A DNA stretch of 44,494 nucleotides from Chiloscyllium plagiosum (taxonomy: Eukaryota): contig NC_057755.1 of the NCBI RefSeq assembly GCF_004010195.1, positions 6,548,184 to 6,592,677 of the forward strand, written 5' to 3'. Of the stretch, positions 1-10,389 are shown piece after piece. The position numbers and the translations under genes were made by a program. Every line of letters begins with the position of its first letter. Position 1 is the first letter of the stretch. Under the pieces are notes generated by a model. It was not told the origin of the DNA, did not search any database, and saw only the letters and a program-made list of their open reading frames with translations.

Positions 1-701
1 GAATTTTCTTTTTTTTTTGCATATTCTCCCTCGTCTCCCCTATCCTTTTGCATGATGTGGAAACCAGAACTGTACTGAGTAACCTTTAGATTACACAGAA
101 ACCAGAACAGACCATGGCAGTTCTCAGTGCAATGTGGGGATGGGAACCATGCACTATCTCCCAGAGTGATGTAGAGACTGGAACTGTGCACAGGAGCTCC
201 CAGGGAGGCCTTGACAAGTTCAGTGTCACTTCCTTGCTCATAGTTCTACTCCTCTAGAAACGACCTCCAGTGCTTTCATTTTTATAACAGCTGTGTTATC
301 CCAAATTACAATCATTAGCAATCTGCATCTCGCTGAGACACAAATAGAAACACTTCAATCTTTACCTCCAGTCCCATTCAAACTGATCGCCCAAACAGAT
401 TCGGCTTCAAAAATACCTCAGCCCCATCACAACGTACTCCTGCCTGGCCAATTGTGACATCAAGACTCCTCGTTCATTTCAAAACACAGTCCCCAGTGGA
501 AGACCATTTCAGGCAGGCAGACAACCCAATAGCTGGCTGAATTGTTGAGCTGTACTAATTGCTGCCTCGCAGAACGTTGATACTGCTGCAGGAAGCAGTG
601 ACTCAGACCCAGGAAACCTCCAGGTAATTCTGACCCTGAACTGAGCCATGCCAGCAGCAGCATCCTTCTCTGTCTCCTCACCTCTCTCTCCGTCTTCACC
701 G

Positions 702-1210
702 AGAGTCAGAGATGTACAGCACGGAAACAGACCTTTCGGTCCAACACGTCCACGCCGACCAGATATCCCAACATAATCTCGTCCCACCTTCCAGCACCTG
801 GCCCAAATCCCTCCAAACCCTTCCTGTTCATATACCCATCCAAATGCCTTTTAAATGTTGCAATTGTACCAGCCCCCACCACTTCCTCTGGCAGCTCATT
901 CCGTACACGTGCCATCCTGTGTGAAAACGTTGCCCCTTAGGTCTCTTTCATATCTTGCCTGCTCTCACCCTAAACCTATGCCCACTAGTTCTGGACTCCC
1001 TGACCCCAGGGAGAAGACTTTGTCTATTTATCCTATCCATGCCCCTTATGATTTTGTAAACTTCTATAAGGTCACCCCTCAGTCTCCGAAACTCCAGGGG
1101 AGACAGCCCTAGCTTATTCAATCTCTCCCTATAGCTCAAACCCTCCAAGCCTGGCAACATCCTTGTACATCTTTTCTGAACCCTTTCAAGTTTCACAACA
1201 TCTTTCCAAT
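702..1210 (-). mobile_element. CR1/HER1-type LINE, 3' fragment (ORF2 C-terminus + 3'UTR)
   Basis: Minus-strand translation 'KDVVKLERVQKRCTRMLPGLEGLSYRERLNKLGL..RRLRGDLIEVYKI' is the CR1 ORF2 C-terminus; the same 3' end recurs at ~12180-12643 and ~22350-22806. Confidence 0.9.
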
Positions 1211-1311
1211 CCTTGCCCCCTCCACCTTCATTGAGCACATACCTACTCTAATCCCATTGCCTTGAGCACAATACTGCCTCCGGTAAACACAGAGATATTT
1301 AAAAGTAGTTC

Positions 1312-1400
1312 AAGTTCTGAGGAGGAGTCACAGGACCCAAAACATGAACGCTGTTTTCTCACTCCACAGATAATGCCAGACCTGCTGAGTTTCTATTTTT
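1312..1400 (+). mobile_element. Old Penelope-like terminal remnant with decayed hammerhead core
   Basis: CTGAGGA-GGAGTC..GACCC-AAAAC followed by 'tccacagataatgccagacctgctgagtttc', similar to other PLE ends in the window. Confidence 0.5.
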
Positions 1401-1834
1401 GCACTTAGCTATTGTGATGGTCCCAAACTACCCTTACAAACAATGAGTTCCAGGTCCTCACCATCCACTGGGTGAAAACAAAACCTTCCTCAAACCAAAT
1501 TTAATCTTACTGCTGTTTATCTGAAACCCATGCCCATTGGTCATCAACTCCTCGACGAAAGGGACATGTTTCTTCTGAAATATTAACTCGGTATGTCTAA
1601 ATACCGCGCCCTCTTTGTCTGCGCAAAGGAAAACAATTGCAACTCATCTAGTCTCTATTCAGCACCAAAATGCTCTGGCTGTGGTCAATCTCCTCTTCAT
1701 TAACACAATCCATCTCATTCTCTTCTCCCACCCCACTCTCCCCAATTCTCCTCTCCACAACATTGATCACTCTTCCCGCCCCCACCACACCTGTCACCTC
1801 CCCTGTCCCTTTCCACACTCTCCTCTCTCCTTTT

Positions 1835-1970
1835 CTGCAGTGACTGTGCAGCACCCCCCTCACCCCCTGGGGTACCTGCAGTGACTGAGCAGCACCCCCC
1901 ACTCCCTGGGGTACCTGCAGTGACTGAGCACCTCTCCCCAAGCCCCAGGGTACCTGCAGTATCTGAGTAG
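1835..1970. repeat. Diverged copies (~4) of the OSBP exon-1/donor-derived repeat
   Basis: Repeated 'ggggtacctgcagtgactgagcagcacccc', homologous to the 57-bp unit core 'gggtacctgtagtaactgagcagcc'. Confidence 0.85.
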
Positions 1971-2172
1971 GAAGTGGCGCATTTGTTTTAATGCAAGTAG
2001 GATAGTAGCTAAGGCAGATGAACTTCGGGCTTGGATTAGTTCCTGGGAGTATGATGTCATGGCTATCACTGCGACTTGGTTAAGGGAAGGGCATGATTGG
2101 CAAATATGTCCCAGGATATCGATGCTTCAAGCGGGATAGTGAGGGAGGTAAAAGGGGTGGAGGAGTTGCATT

Positions 2173-2291
2173 CACTTGGAGGTCGCCACTGATGATGTTA
2201 CCTCGCCAGGTAATGAAACGTCTGGATATCAAACCTACAGCTCAGCGAGCAAACCTACACCCTAAACCTCAACCTGAACTATAAACTTTGC
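2173..2291 (+). mobile_element. Short Penelope-like terminal fragment inserted into the CR1
   Basis: Interrupts CR1 ORF2; flanked by near-identical AG(T/C)TGCATT at 2164-2172 and 2292-2300 (probable TSD); carries a hammerhead motif. Confidence 0.7.
2186..2225 (+). ncRNA. Minimal type-I hammerhead ribozyme motif
   Basis: CCA-CTGATGA-T-GTTACC(tcgcca)GGTAAT-GAAA-CG-TC|TGG: intact core, 6-bp stem II, 3-bp helix I, predicted cleavage after C2222. Confidence 0.8.
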
Positions 2292-4439
2292 AGCTGCATT
2301 ACTGGTCAGTGAGGATATCACAGCTGTGCTGAAAGAAGGCACGATGGAGGACTCGAGCAGTGAGGCAATATGGGCAGAGGTCAGACATAGGAAAGGTGTG
2401 GTAACAATGTTGGGGCTGTACTATAGGCCTCCCAACAGCAAACGTGAGATCGAAGTACAAATATGTAGACAGATCATAGAAAGATGCCGGAGCAACAAGG
2501 TGGTGAAAGGAGATTTTAATTTTCTCAACACTGACTGGGATTCACTTAGTGTTAGAGGATTGGATGGAGCAGAATTTGTAAAGAGCATCCAGGAGGGTTT
2601 TCTGGAGCAGTACGCAAGAAATCCAACTCATGAAGGGGCCATACTGGACCTGGTGTTAGGAACTGAGGCCGGCCAGGCGGTTGAAGCTTCAGTGGGGGAT
2701 TACTTTGGGAATAGTGATCACAATTCCATAAGTTTTAGGATACTCATGGAGAAAGACGAGAGTGGTCCTAAAGGAAGAGTGCTAAATTGGCAGAAGGCCA
2801 ACTATACAAAAATTCAGCAGGAGCTGGGGAATATAGATTTGGGGCAGCTGTTTGAAGGCAATTCACATTCGATATGTTGGAGGCTTTTAAAGAGAGGCTG
2901 ATTAGAGTTCGGAGAGATACGTTCCTGTGAAAATGAGGGATAGAAATGTCAAGACGAGAGAATCATGGATGACAGGTGAAATTCTGAGACTAGCTAACAG
3001 GAAAAAGGACACGTACATAAGGTCTAAGTAACTGAAGTCAGATGAAGCTTTGGAAGAATATCGGGAACGTAGGACCAATCTGAAACGAGGAATTAAGAGG
3101 GCTAAAAGAGGTCATTGACATATCCTTAGCGAGCAGGGTTAAGGAAAACTCCAAAGCCTTTTATTCATATATAAGGAGCAATAGGGTAACGAGGGAAAGG
3201 CTTGGCCCACTCAGGGACAAAGGAGGAAACATATGTGTGGAGTCAGAGAAAATCAGTGAGATTCTTAATGAGTACTTTGCATCGGTATTCACCGAGGAGA
3301 GGGACATGGCGGATGTTGAGGTTAGAGATAAATCTTTGATTACTCTAGGTCAAGTCGACAGGAGGGGGGAGGAAGTGTTGTGTACTCTAAAATACATTAA
3401 GGTGGACAAGTCCCCAGGAGTGGATAGGATCTATCCCAGATTACTGAGGGAGGTGAGGGGAAATAGCTGGGGCTTTAACAGATATCTTTGCAGCATCCTT
3501 GAAGACAGGGGAGCTCCCAGCGGACTGTCGAATTAATAATGCTGTCTCCCTGTTTAAGAAGGATAGCAGGGAATATAATTCAGGTAATTACAAACCTGTG
3601 AGCCTGACATCAGTGGTAGGGAAGCTACTGGAGAAGACACTAAGGGATAGGATATACACCCATTTTCTTCCAAATGGGTGTATCAGTGATAGGCTGCATG
3701 CTTTTGTGCAGGGAAGATCATGTCTTACAAAAGTAATAGAATTCCTTGAAGAGGTGACAAAGTTGATTGATGAGGGAAGGGATGTAGATGTCATATACAT
3801 GGACTTTAGTAAAGCGTTTGATAAGGTTCCCCATGGTAGGTTGAAGAAGAAGAAGTGAAGTTGCATGGGGTCAGGGGGTTCCAGCCAAATGGATGGAGAA
3901 CTGTTAGGCAACAGGAGACAGTAGTGGAAGGGAGCTTCTCAAAACGGAGACCAGTGATGTCCCACAGGGATCCAGGCTAGGACCACTGTTGTTTGTGATA
4001 TACATAAATGATGTGGAGAAAGGTGTAGGTTGCCTCATGAGCAAGTTTGCAGAGGACACCAAGATTGGTGGAGTAGCAGATAGTGAAGGGAACTGTCAGG
4101 GAATATAGCAGAATTTAGATAAATTGGAGAGTTGGGCAGAGAAATGGCAGATGGAGTTCAATCTGGATAAATGCAAGGTGATGCAATTCCAGAGCGAACT
4201 ATACAGTAAATGGAAAAGTCCTGGGGAAAATTGATGTACACAGAGATTTGGGTGTTCAGGTCAATTGTTCCCTGAAGGTGGCAACGCAGATCAGTATAGT
4301 AGTCAAGGAGGCATACGGCATGCTTTCCTTCATCGGATGGGGTATTGAATACAAGAGTTGGCAAGTCATGTTACAAATGTGGGTTCGACCACATTTGGAA
4401 TATTGCGTACAGTTTGGTTGCCACATTAACAAAATAACG

Positions 4440-4752
4440 TGAATGCACCAACCCACTGAAGAGCAACCCACCCAGACCCATTCCCCTACATTTACCCCTT
4501 CACCTGTAACTACGGGCAATTTAGCTTGGCCAATTCACCTAACCTGCACATTTTTGGACTGTGGGAGGAAACCGAAGCACCCGGAGGAAACCCACGCAGA
4601 CACGGGGAGAATGTCTGTGTGGAGTTTGCACAGTCGCCTGAGGTGGGAATTGAACCTGGGTCTCTGGCGCTGTGAGGCAGCAGTGCTAACCACTGTGCCA
4701 CCGTGCTGCCCTCATGTGAGACAGCAGCGCTAACCACTGTGCCACTGTGCTG
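4440..4752 (-). mobile_element. tRNA-derived V-SINE (HE1-like) nested in the CR1, with duplicated head
   Basis: Minus strand 'ggcagcacggtggcacagtggttagcactgctgcctcacagcgccagagacccaggttcaattccc' (A/B boxes) and V-domain 'ctccccgtgtctgcgtgggtttcctccgggtg'; head repeated at ~4715-4752. Confidence 0.88.
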
Positions 4753-5169
4753 ATTATTTTCATTGGAAAGACAACGATTGAGGGGGGGAGGGTATCCTGA
4801 TAGAGGCCGACAAAATCATGAGGTGTAGACAGGGTGGATAGCAAGAAACGTTTTCCCAGACTGGAGGACTCAATTACGAGGAGTCACGAGTTCAAAGTGA
4901 GAGGGGAAAAGTTTAGGGGAGATGTGTGCGCAAAATTGTTTACGCAGAGGGGGTGGGTGCCTGGAATGCATTGCCAGCGGAGGTGGTAGGGATGGGTACG
5001 ATAGCATCATTTAAGACGTATCTAGACAGATCCATGAATGGACAAGGAGCAGAGGGATACAGATCCTTAGAAAATAGACAGCAGATTTAGATAGAGGATA
5101 TGGATTGGTGCGGGCTTGGAGAGCCGAAGGCCCTATTCCTGCACTGTAATGTTCTTTGTTGGTAAGTGA

Positions 5170-5650
5170 GCACTAGGGGTACCCCTAGTAACTGAGCAGC
5201 CTACCCACCCTGAGGTAAACGTAGGAATGAGCAGCCCACCAACTCCAGGGTACCTGCAATAGCCGAGAGGCCTACCAACCCCGAAGTACCCGCAATAACT
5301 GAGCGGCCCCCACCCCGGTACCCGCAAATACGGAGCAGATCCCCATTAACCACAAACCCCTCCTGCTACCTGCAATAACAGAGACCGCCTAATACCACCC
5401 CGCCCCCGGGTGGGGGGGCACCTGCAATAACTGAGGGGCTCCGTAACCCACCCACATCCCGCAGGGATACCTGTAGTAACTGAGGCACCCCCTAACCCGA
5501 GGGGGTACCTGTAATAACTGCGCAGCCACACCACGCCCCCAACACCAGGGGGGGGTACCTGCAGTAACTGAGCAGCCCCCATCCCCAGGGGGTTACCTAT
5601 AGCAACTGAGTAGACGACCCCACCCCCAGGGGGTACCTATAGTAACTGAG
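5170..5650. repeat. Degenerate distal part of the exon/donor-derived array (~11 diverged units)
   Basis: Variants of 'gggtacctg(c/t)a(g/a)taactgagcagcc' about 35-55 bp apart. Confidence 0.85.
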
Positions 5651-8600
5651 CAGCCCTAACCCCCATCCCCGGGGGGGGCGGGTACCTGTAGTAACTGAGC
5701 AGCCCCCTCTCCCTAACCCCCATCCCCGGGGGGGGCGGGTACCTGTAGTAACTGAGCAGCCCCCTCTCCCTAACCCCCATCCCCGGGGGGGGCGGGTACC
5801 TGTAGTAACTGAGCAGCCCCCTCTCCCTAACCCCCATCCCCGGGGGGGGCGGGTACCTGTAGTAACTGAGCAGCCCCCTCTCCCTAACCCCCATCCCCGG
5901 GGGGGGCGGGTACCTGTAGTAACTGAGCAGCCCCCTCTCCCTAACCCCCATCCCCGGGGGGGGCGGGTACCTGTAGTAACTGAGCAGCCCCCTCTCCCTA
6001 ACCCCCATCCCCGGGGGGGGCGGGTACCTGTAGTAACTGAGCAGCCCCCTCTCCCTAACCCCCATCCCCGGGGGGGGCGGGTACCTGTAGTAACTGAGCA
6101 GCCCCCTCTCCCTAACCCCCATCCCCGGGGGGGGCGGGTACCTGTAGTAACTGAGCAGCCCCCTCTCCCTAACCCCCATCCCCGGGGGGGGCGGGTACCT
6201 GTAGTAACTGAGCAGCCCCCTCTCCCTAACCCCCATCCCCGGGGGGGGCGGGTACCTGTAGTAACTGAGCAGCCCCCTCTCCCTAACCCCCATCCCCGGG
6301 GGGGGCGGGTACCTGTAGTAACTGAGCAGCCCCCTCTCCCTAACCCCCATCCCCGGGGGGGGCGGGTACCTGTAGTAACTGAGCAGCCCCCTCTCCCTAA
6401 CCCCCATCCCCGGGGGGGGCGGGTACCTGTAGTAACTGAGCAGCCCCCTCTCCCTAACCCCCATCCCCGGGGGGGGCGGGTACCTGTAGTAACTGAGCAG
6501 CCCCCTCTCCCTAACCCCCATCCCCGGGGGGGGCGGGTACCTGTAGTAACTGAGCAGCCCCCTCTCCCTAACCCCCATCCCCGGGGGGGGCGGGTACCTG
6601 TAGTAACTGAGCAGCCCCCTCTCCCTAACCCCCATCCCCGGGGGGGGCGGGTACCTGTAGTAACTGAGCAGCCCCCTCTCCCTAACCCCCATCCCCGGGG
6701 GGGGCGGGTACCTGTAGTAACTGAGCAGCCCCCTCTCCCTAACCCCCATCCCCGGGGGGGGCGGGTACCTGTAGTAACTGAGCAGCCCCCTCTCCCTAAC
6801 CCCCATCCCCGGGGGGGGCGGGTACCTGTAGTAACTGAGCAGCCCCCTCTCCCTAACCCCCATCCCCGGGGGGGGCGGGTACCTGTAGTAACTGAGCAGC
6901 CCCCTCTCCCTAACCCCCATCCCCGGGGGGGGCGGGTACCTGTAGTAACTGAGCAGCCCCCTCTCCCTAACCCCCATCCCCGGGGGGGGCGGGTACCTGT
7001 AGTAACTGAGCAGCCCCCTCTCCCTAACCCCCATCCCCGGGGGGGGCGGGTACCTGTAGTAACTGAGCAGCCCCCTCTCCCTAACCCCCATCCCCGGGGG
7101 GGGCGGGTACCTGTAGTAACTGAGCAGCCCCCTCTCCCTAACCCCCATCCCCGGGGGGGGCGGGTACCTGTAGTAACTGAGCAGCCCCCTCTCCCTAACC
7201 CCCATCCCCGGGGGGGGCGGGTACCTGTAGTAACTGAGCAGCCCCCTCTCCCTAACCCCCATCCCCGGGGGGGGCGGGTACCTGTAGTAACTGAGCAGCC
7301 CCCTCTCCCTAACCCCCATCCCCGGGGGGGGCGGGTACCTGTAGTAACTGAGCAGCCCCCTCTCCCTAACCCCCATCCCCGGGGGGGGCGGGTACCTGTA
7401 GTAACTGAGCAGCCCCCTCTCCCTAACCCCCATCCCCGGGGGGGGCGGGTACCTGTAGTAACTGAGCAGCCCCCTCTCCCTAACCCCCATCCCCGGGGGG
7501 GGCGGGTACCTGTAGTAACTGAGCAGCCCCCTCTCCCTAACCCCCATCCCCGGGGGGGGCGGGTACCTGTAGTAACTGAGCAGCCCCCTCTCCCTAACCC
7601 CCATCCCCGGGGGGGGCGGGTACCTGTAGTAACTGAGCAGCCCCCTCTCCCTAACCCCCATCCCCGGGGGGGGCGGGTACCTGTAGTAACTGAGCAGCCC
7701 CCTCTCCCTAACCCCCATCCCCGGGGGGGGCGGGTACCTGTAGTAACTGAGCAGCCCCCTCTCCCTAACCCCCATCCCCGGGGGGGGCGGGTACCTGTAG
7801 TAACTGAGCAGCCCCCTCTCCCTAACCCCCATCCCCGGGGGGGGCGGGTACCTGTAGTAACTGAGCAGCCCCCTCTCCCTAACCCCCATCCCCGGGGGGG
7901 GCGGGTACCTGTAGTAACTGAGCAGCCCCCTCTCCCTAACCCCCATCCCCGGGGGGGGCGGGTACCTGTAGTAACTGAGCAGCCCCCTCTCCCTAACCCC
8001 CATCCCCGGGGGGGGCGGGTACCTGTAGTAACTGAGCAGCCCCCTCTCCCTAACCCCCATCCCCGGGGGGGGCGGGTACCTGTAGTAACTGAGCAGCCCC
8101 CTCTCCCTAACCCCCATCCCCGGGGGGGGCGGGTACCTGTAGTAACTGAGCAGCCCCCTCTCCCTAACCCCCATCCCCGGGGGGGGGGGGGCGGGTACCT
8201 GTAGTAACTGAGCAGCCCCCCCCCTCCCTAACCCCCATCCCCGGGGGGGGGGCGGGTACCTGTAGTAACTGAGCAGCCCCCTCTCCCTAACCCCCATCCC
8301 CGGGGGGGGGGCGGGTACCTGTAGTAACTGAGCAGCCCCCTCTCCCTAACCCCCATCCCCGGGGGGGGGGCGGGTACCTGTAGTAACTGAGCAGCCCCCT
8401 CTCCCTAACCCCCATCCCCGGGGGGGGGGCGGGTACCTGTAGTAACTGAGCAGCCCCCTCTCCCTAACCCCCATCCCCGGGGGGGGGGGGGGCGGGTACC
8501 TGTAGTAACTGAGCAGCCCCCCCCCCCTAACCCCCATCCCCGGGGGGGGGGGGGCGGGTACCTGTAGTAACTGAGCAGCCCCCCCCCCCTAACCCCCATC

Positions 8601-8762
8601 CCCGGGGGGGGGGGGGCGGGTACCTGTAGTAACTGAGCAGCCCCCCCTCCCTACCCCCCATCCGGGGGGGGGGCGGGTACCTGTAGTAACTGAGCAGCCC
8701 CCTCTCCCTAACCCCCATCCCCGGGGGGGGGGGGGCGGGTACCTGTAGTAACTGAGCAGCCC
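5630..8762. repeat. 57-bp minisatellite (~54 units) derived from OSBP exon-1 3' end + 5' splice site
   Basis: Unit gggtacctgtagtaactgagcagccccctctccctaacccccatccccggggggggc; 44 donor copies at exact 57-bp spacing (5686-8137), then units of 57-63 bp up to the real donor at 8742/8743. Confidence 0.97.
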
Positions 8763-8864
8763 GTTGCTCAGCACGAACCACCGCCGCTGGTATCCCTTGA
8801 TGTAGTTGGTCCATTTGAAGAGCCAGCCCTTGTAGGTGTCCGACGCCGACTTCAGCTCCGACAT
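8743..8864 (-). CDS. OSBP: Oxysterol-binding protein, coding exon 1 (start of PH domain)
   Basis: [49 protein letters not shown](R) is the OSBP/OSBP2 PH signature; ends AG|GTACCC (phase 2); adjacency to PATL1 favours OSBP over OSBP2. Confidence 0.92.
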
Positions 8865-10140
8865 AGCGGCCCGCGGGCTCTCCGTGTACGCGGGGCCCAC
8901 CGCCAGCACCGGCAGCGACTGCTGGGGTGGGGGGTGAAGCGGGCTGGGCCTAGAGGCCGAGGCCGAGGCCTCACTGTGGGGGGAGGTCGGGGTCTGAGGC
9001 CTTGAGGACGGGGCTGGGGAGGGGAGGGATCAGAGAGAGGGGTGTCACCGCGGTGTGTGTAGGGGGCTACTCCTTCCCGGCCGCCTGACTCCCCGCCTGA
9101 GGCCGAGCGAAGGAAGGAGACGGTGACACGGCCGCCCGGCTCCCGAGCGTCACTCCAGGCCCCGGGCGCCTCCTCCAGCTCCAGCTCCAGCTCCTGCCAC
9201 AACACCCCGCCCCCCCCCTCACACCCCATTGGCGCTTAATGCGGGGCGGGTTTGGGTTAGCGCCCGCTAAACCCCGCCTTTCCCAAGCTCTCATTGGTCC
9301 CAATCGCTGTCGGTCGATGGTCGCTGTGTTTTATTTGTTGGGGCCACTGTCTGTCAGGGCTGTCCCCGCCGTCTATTGGTGCGTCTGGCCGTCCGTCAGG
9401 GCCCAGATCCCGCCTTCATCTTGCGTTTCCCCAAATCCCCACAGCTCCGCCTTCCCGTTGGTTGTAACGGCTGTCCGTCAAGGGTTTCATTGGTGGGGGC
9501 GGGCGAGGGCCATGCTGCGACCGCCGATTGGTCAGCAGGCGGACTCCGGGCGCGTCCCTCAACCTTCATTGGACAAGGCTACTGTCGATCAGTCGACCAT
9601 TTCGTGTTCAACCCACCCACCCCAGCTGTCGTCATGCAAACCTGGCCACTTGTTGGTTGTAACGTCTGTCCATCATTGCGCAGGGCGCCGAGTCGGTCAG
9701 TGAATGGTCGGTCCCGCGGACGGAAGTCGGCCCCTCGACCGCCATTGGCGGGGCGTTGCGTACTTTGGCGGTTTATGCCCCCCACGGTCCTTGGCTTCCT
9801 CCCATTGGCCAGTTCCAGATGTCCATCAAAGGACGAGGGTGAGATCATTGCGTTGTTGAAGGGGAGAGGCGCGCTGGAAAGGGGACGTCACTCGCATCCG
9901 TGGATGGGGAGGCGGGACAGCAGCGCTGCCGTCCTCCCATTGGACAAGCGCTGCGGACGCGCCGGATGTCCATTGGATAGATGTCCCCGTCAGTCACAGC
10001 CGGCGTACTGTGCGTTTCCAGGTGACGTGGCACGGGCTGACCACGCCTCCAGCTGTGTTCCGGGCGCCTGATTGGACCACGTGCGGCAGGGAACAGACTG
10101 TGCTCCGATCGGTCCTGGTGGCTGTCAATCAGATGCGTTT
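8865..10140 (-). promoter_or_regulatory. OSBP: CpG island: OSBP 5'UTR and TATA-less promoter
   Basis: CpG-rich; GC boxes (~9205, ~9243); 11 ATTGG (CCAAT on -) at 9228, 9293, 9375, 9489, 9527, 9568, 9744, 9804, 9939, 9972, 10071; ETS CGGAAGT at 9721; CACGTG ~10078; PBX/PREP-like decamers. Confidence 0.85.
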
Positions 10141-10389
10141 GAAAGGTTGGGTGGGTGTGGTCAGCGGGAGCTAAATTCCTGCAGCAGCTGATATCCTGAA
10201 ATTAAATCAGAGGACCAAGTCCAGGAAGGAGGGATATTCCAGGGATAAGGATTCAAATTGGAAAAATTTGACTTCAGTTTATAAAAACCTGGAGTGTTAC
10301 AGAAAGAATCACAAGATATAGAAAAAATACATTTACATAAGTACATGATTAAGTGTTGCTTGGAGAGGTATGGACCAAGCACAGGCAGA

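Larger units (their letters stand above)
1975..5160 (+). mobile_element. CR1 LINE, near-complete degraded ORF2 (APE endonuclease + RT) and 3'UTR
   Basis: APE motifs (LGLYYRPP, GDFN, ILDLVL, SDHN) and RT motifs (NYKPVSLTSVVGKLLE, DVIYMDFSKAFDKVPH) broken by stops and frameshifts. Confidence 0.92.

Noticed and set aside
1..1830. OSBP exon 2
   Set aside because: No minus-strand match to the expected 'AEM.HTCRGTINL' continuation seen; it probably lies beyond the left edge
4640..4712. tRNA genes at SINE heads (also ~19490-19560 and ~42110-42180)
   Set aside because: A/B-box heads run directly into V-SINE body and LINE-like tail
5637..8297. 886-aa ORF of repeated [19 protein letters not shown] as a stand-alone gene
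   Set aside because: Consequence of a stop-free 57-nt unit inside OSBP intron 1; no independent promoter or other support
5686..8681. CAG|GT in each unit as recursive-splicing ratchet points
   Set aside because: Sequence upstream of each AG is G-rich and lacks a convincing polypyrimidine tract
5630..8762. CRISPR array or interstitial telomere
   Set aside because: No unique spacers, eukaryotic context, and only one CCCTAA per 57-bp unit
8852..9229. 125-aa upstream ORF overlapping the OSBP start
   Set aside because: Its ATG lies within the proximal CCAAT box, probably upstream of the transcription start
9239..10071. Plus-strand ORFs (154 and 231 aa) as a divergent gene
   Set aside because: GC-rich promoter sequence with few stops and no recognisable protein features
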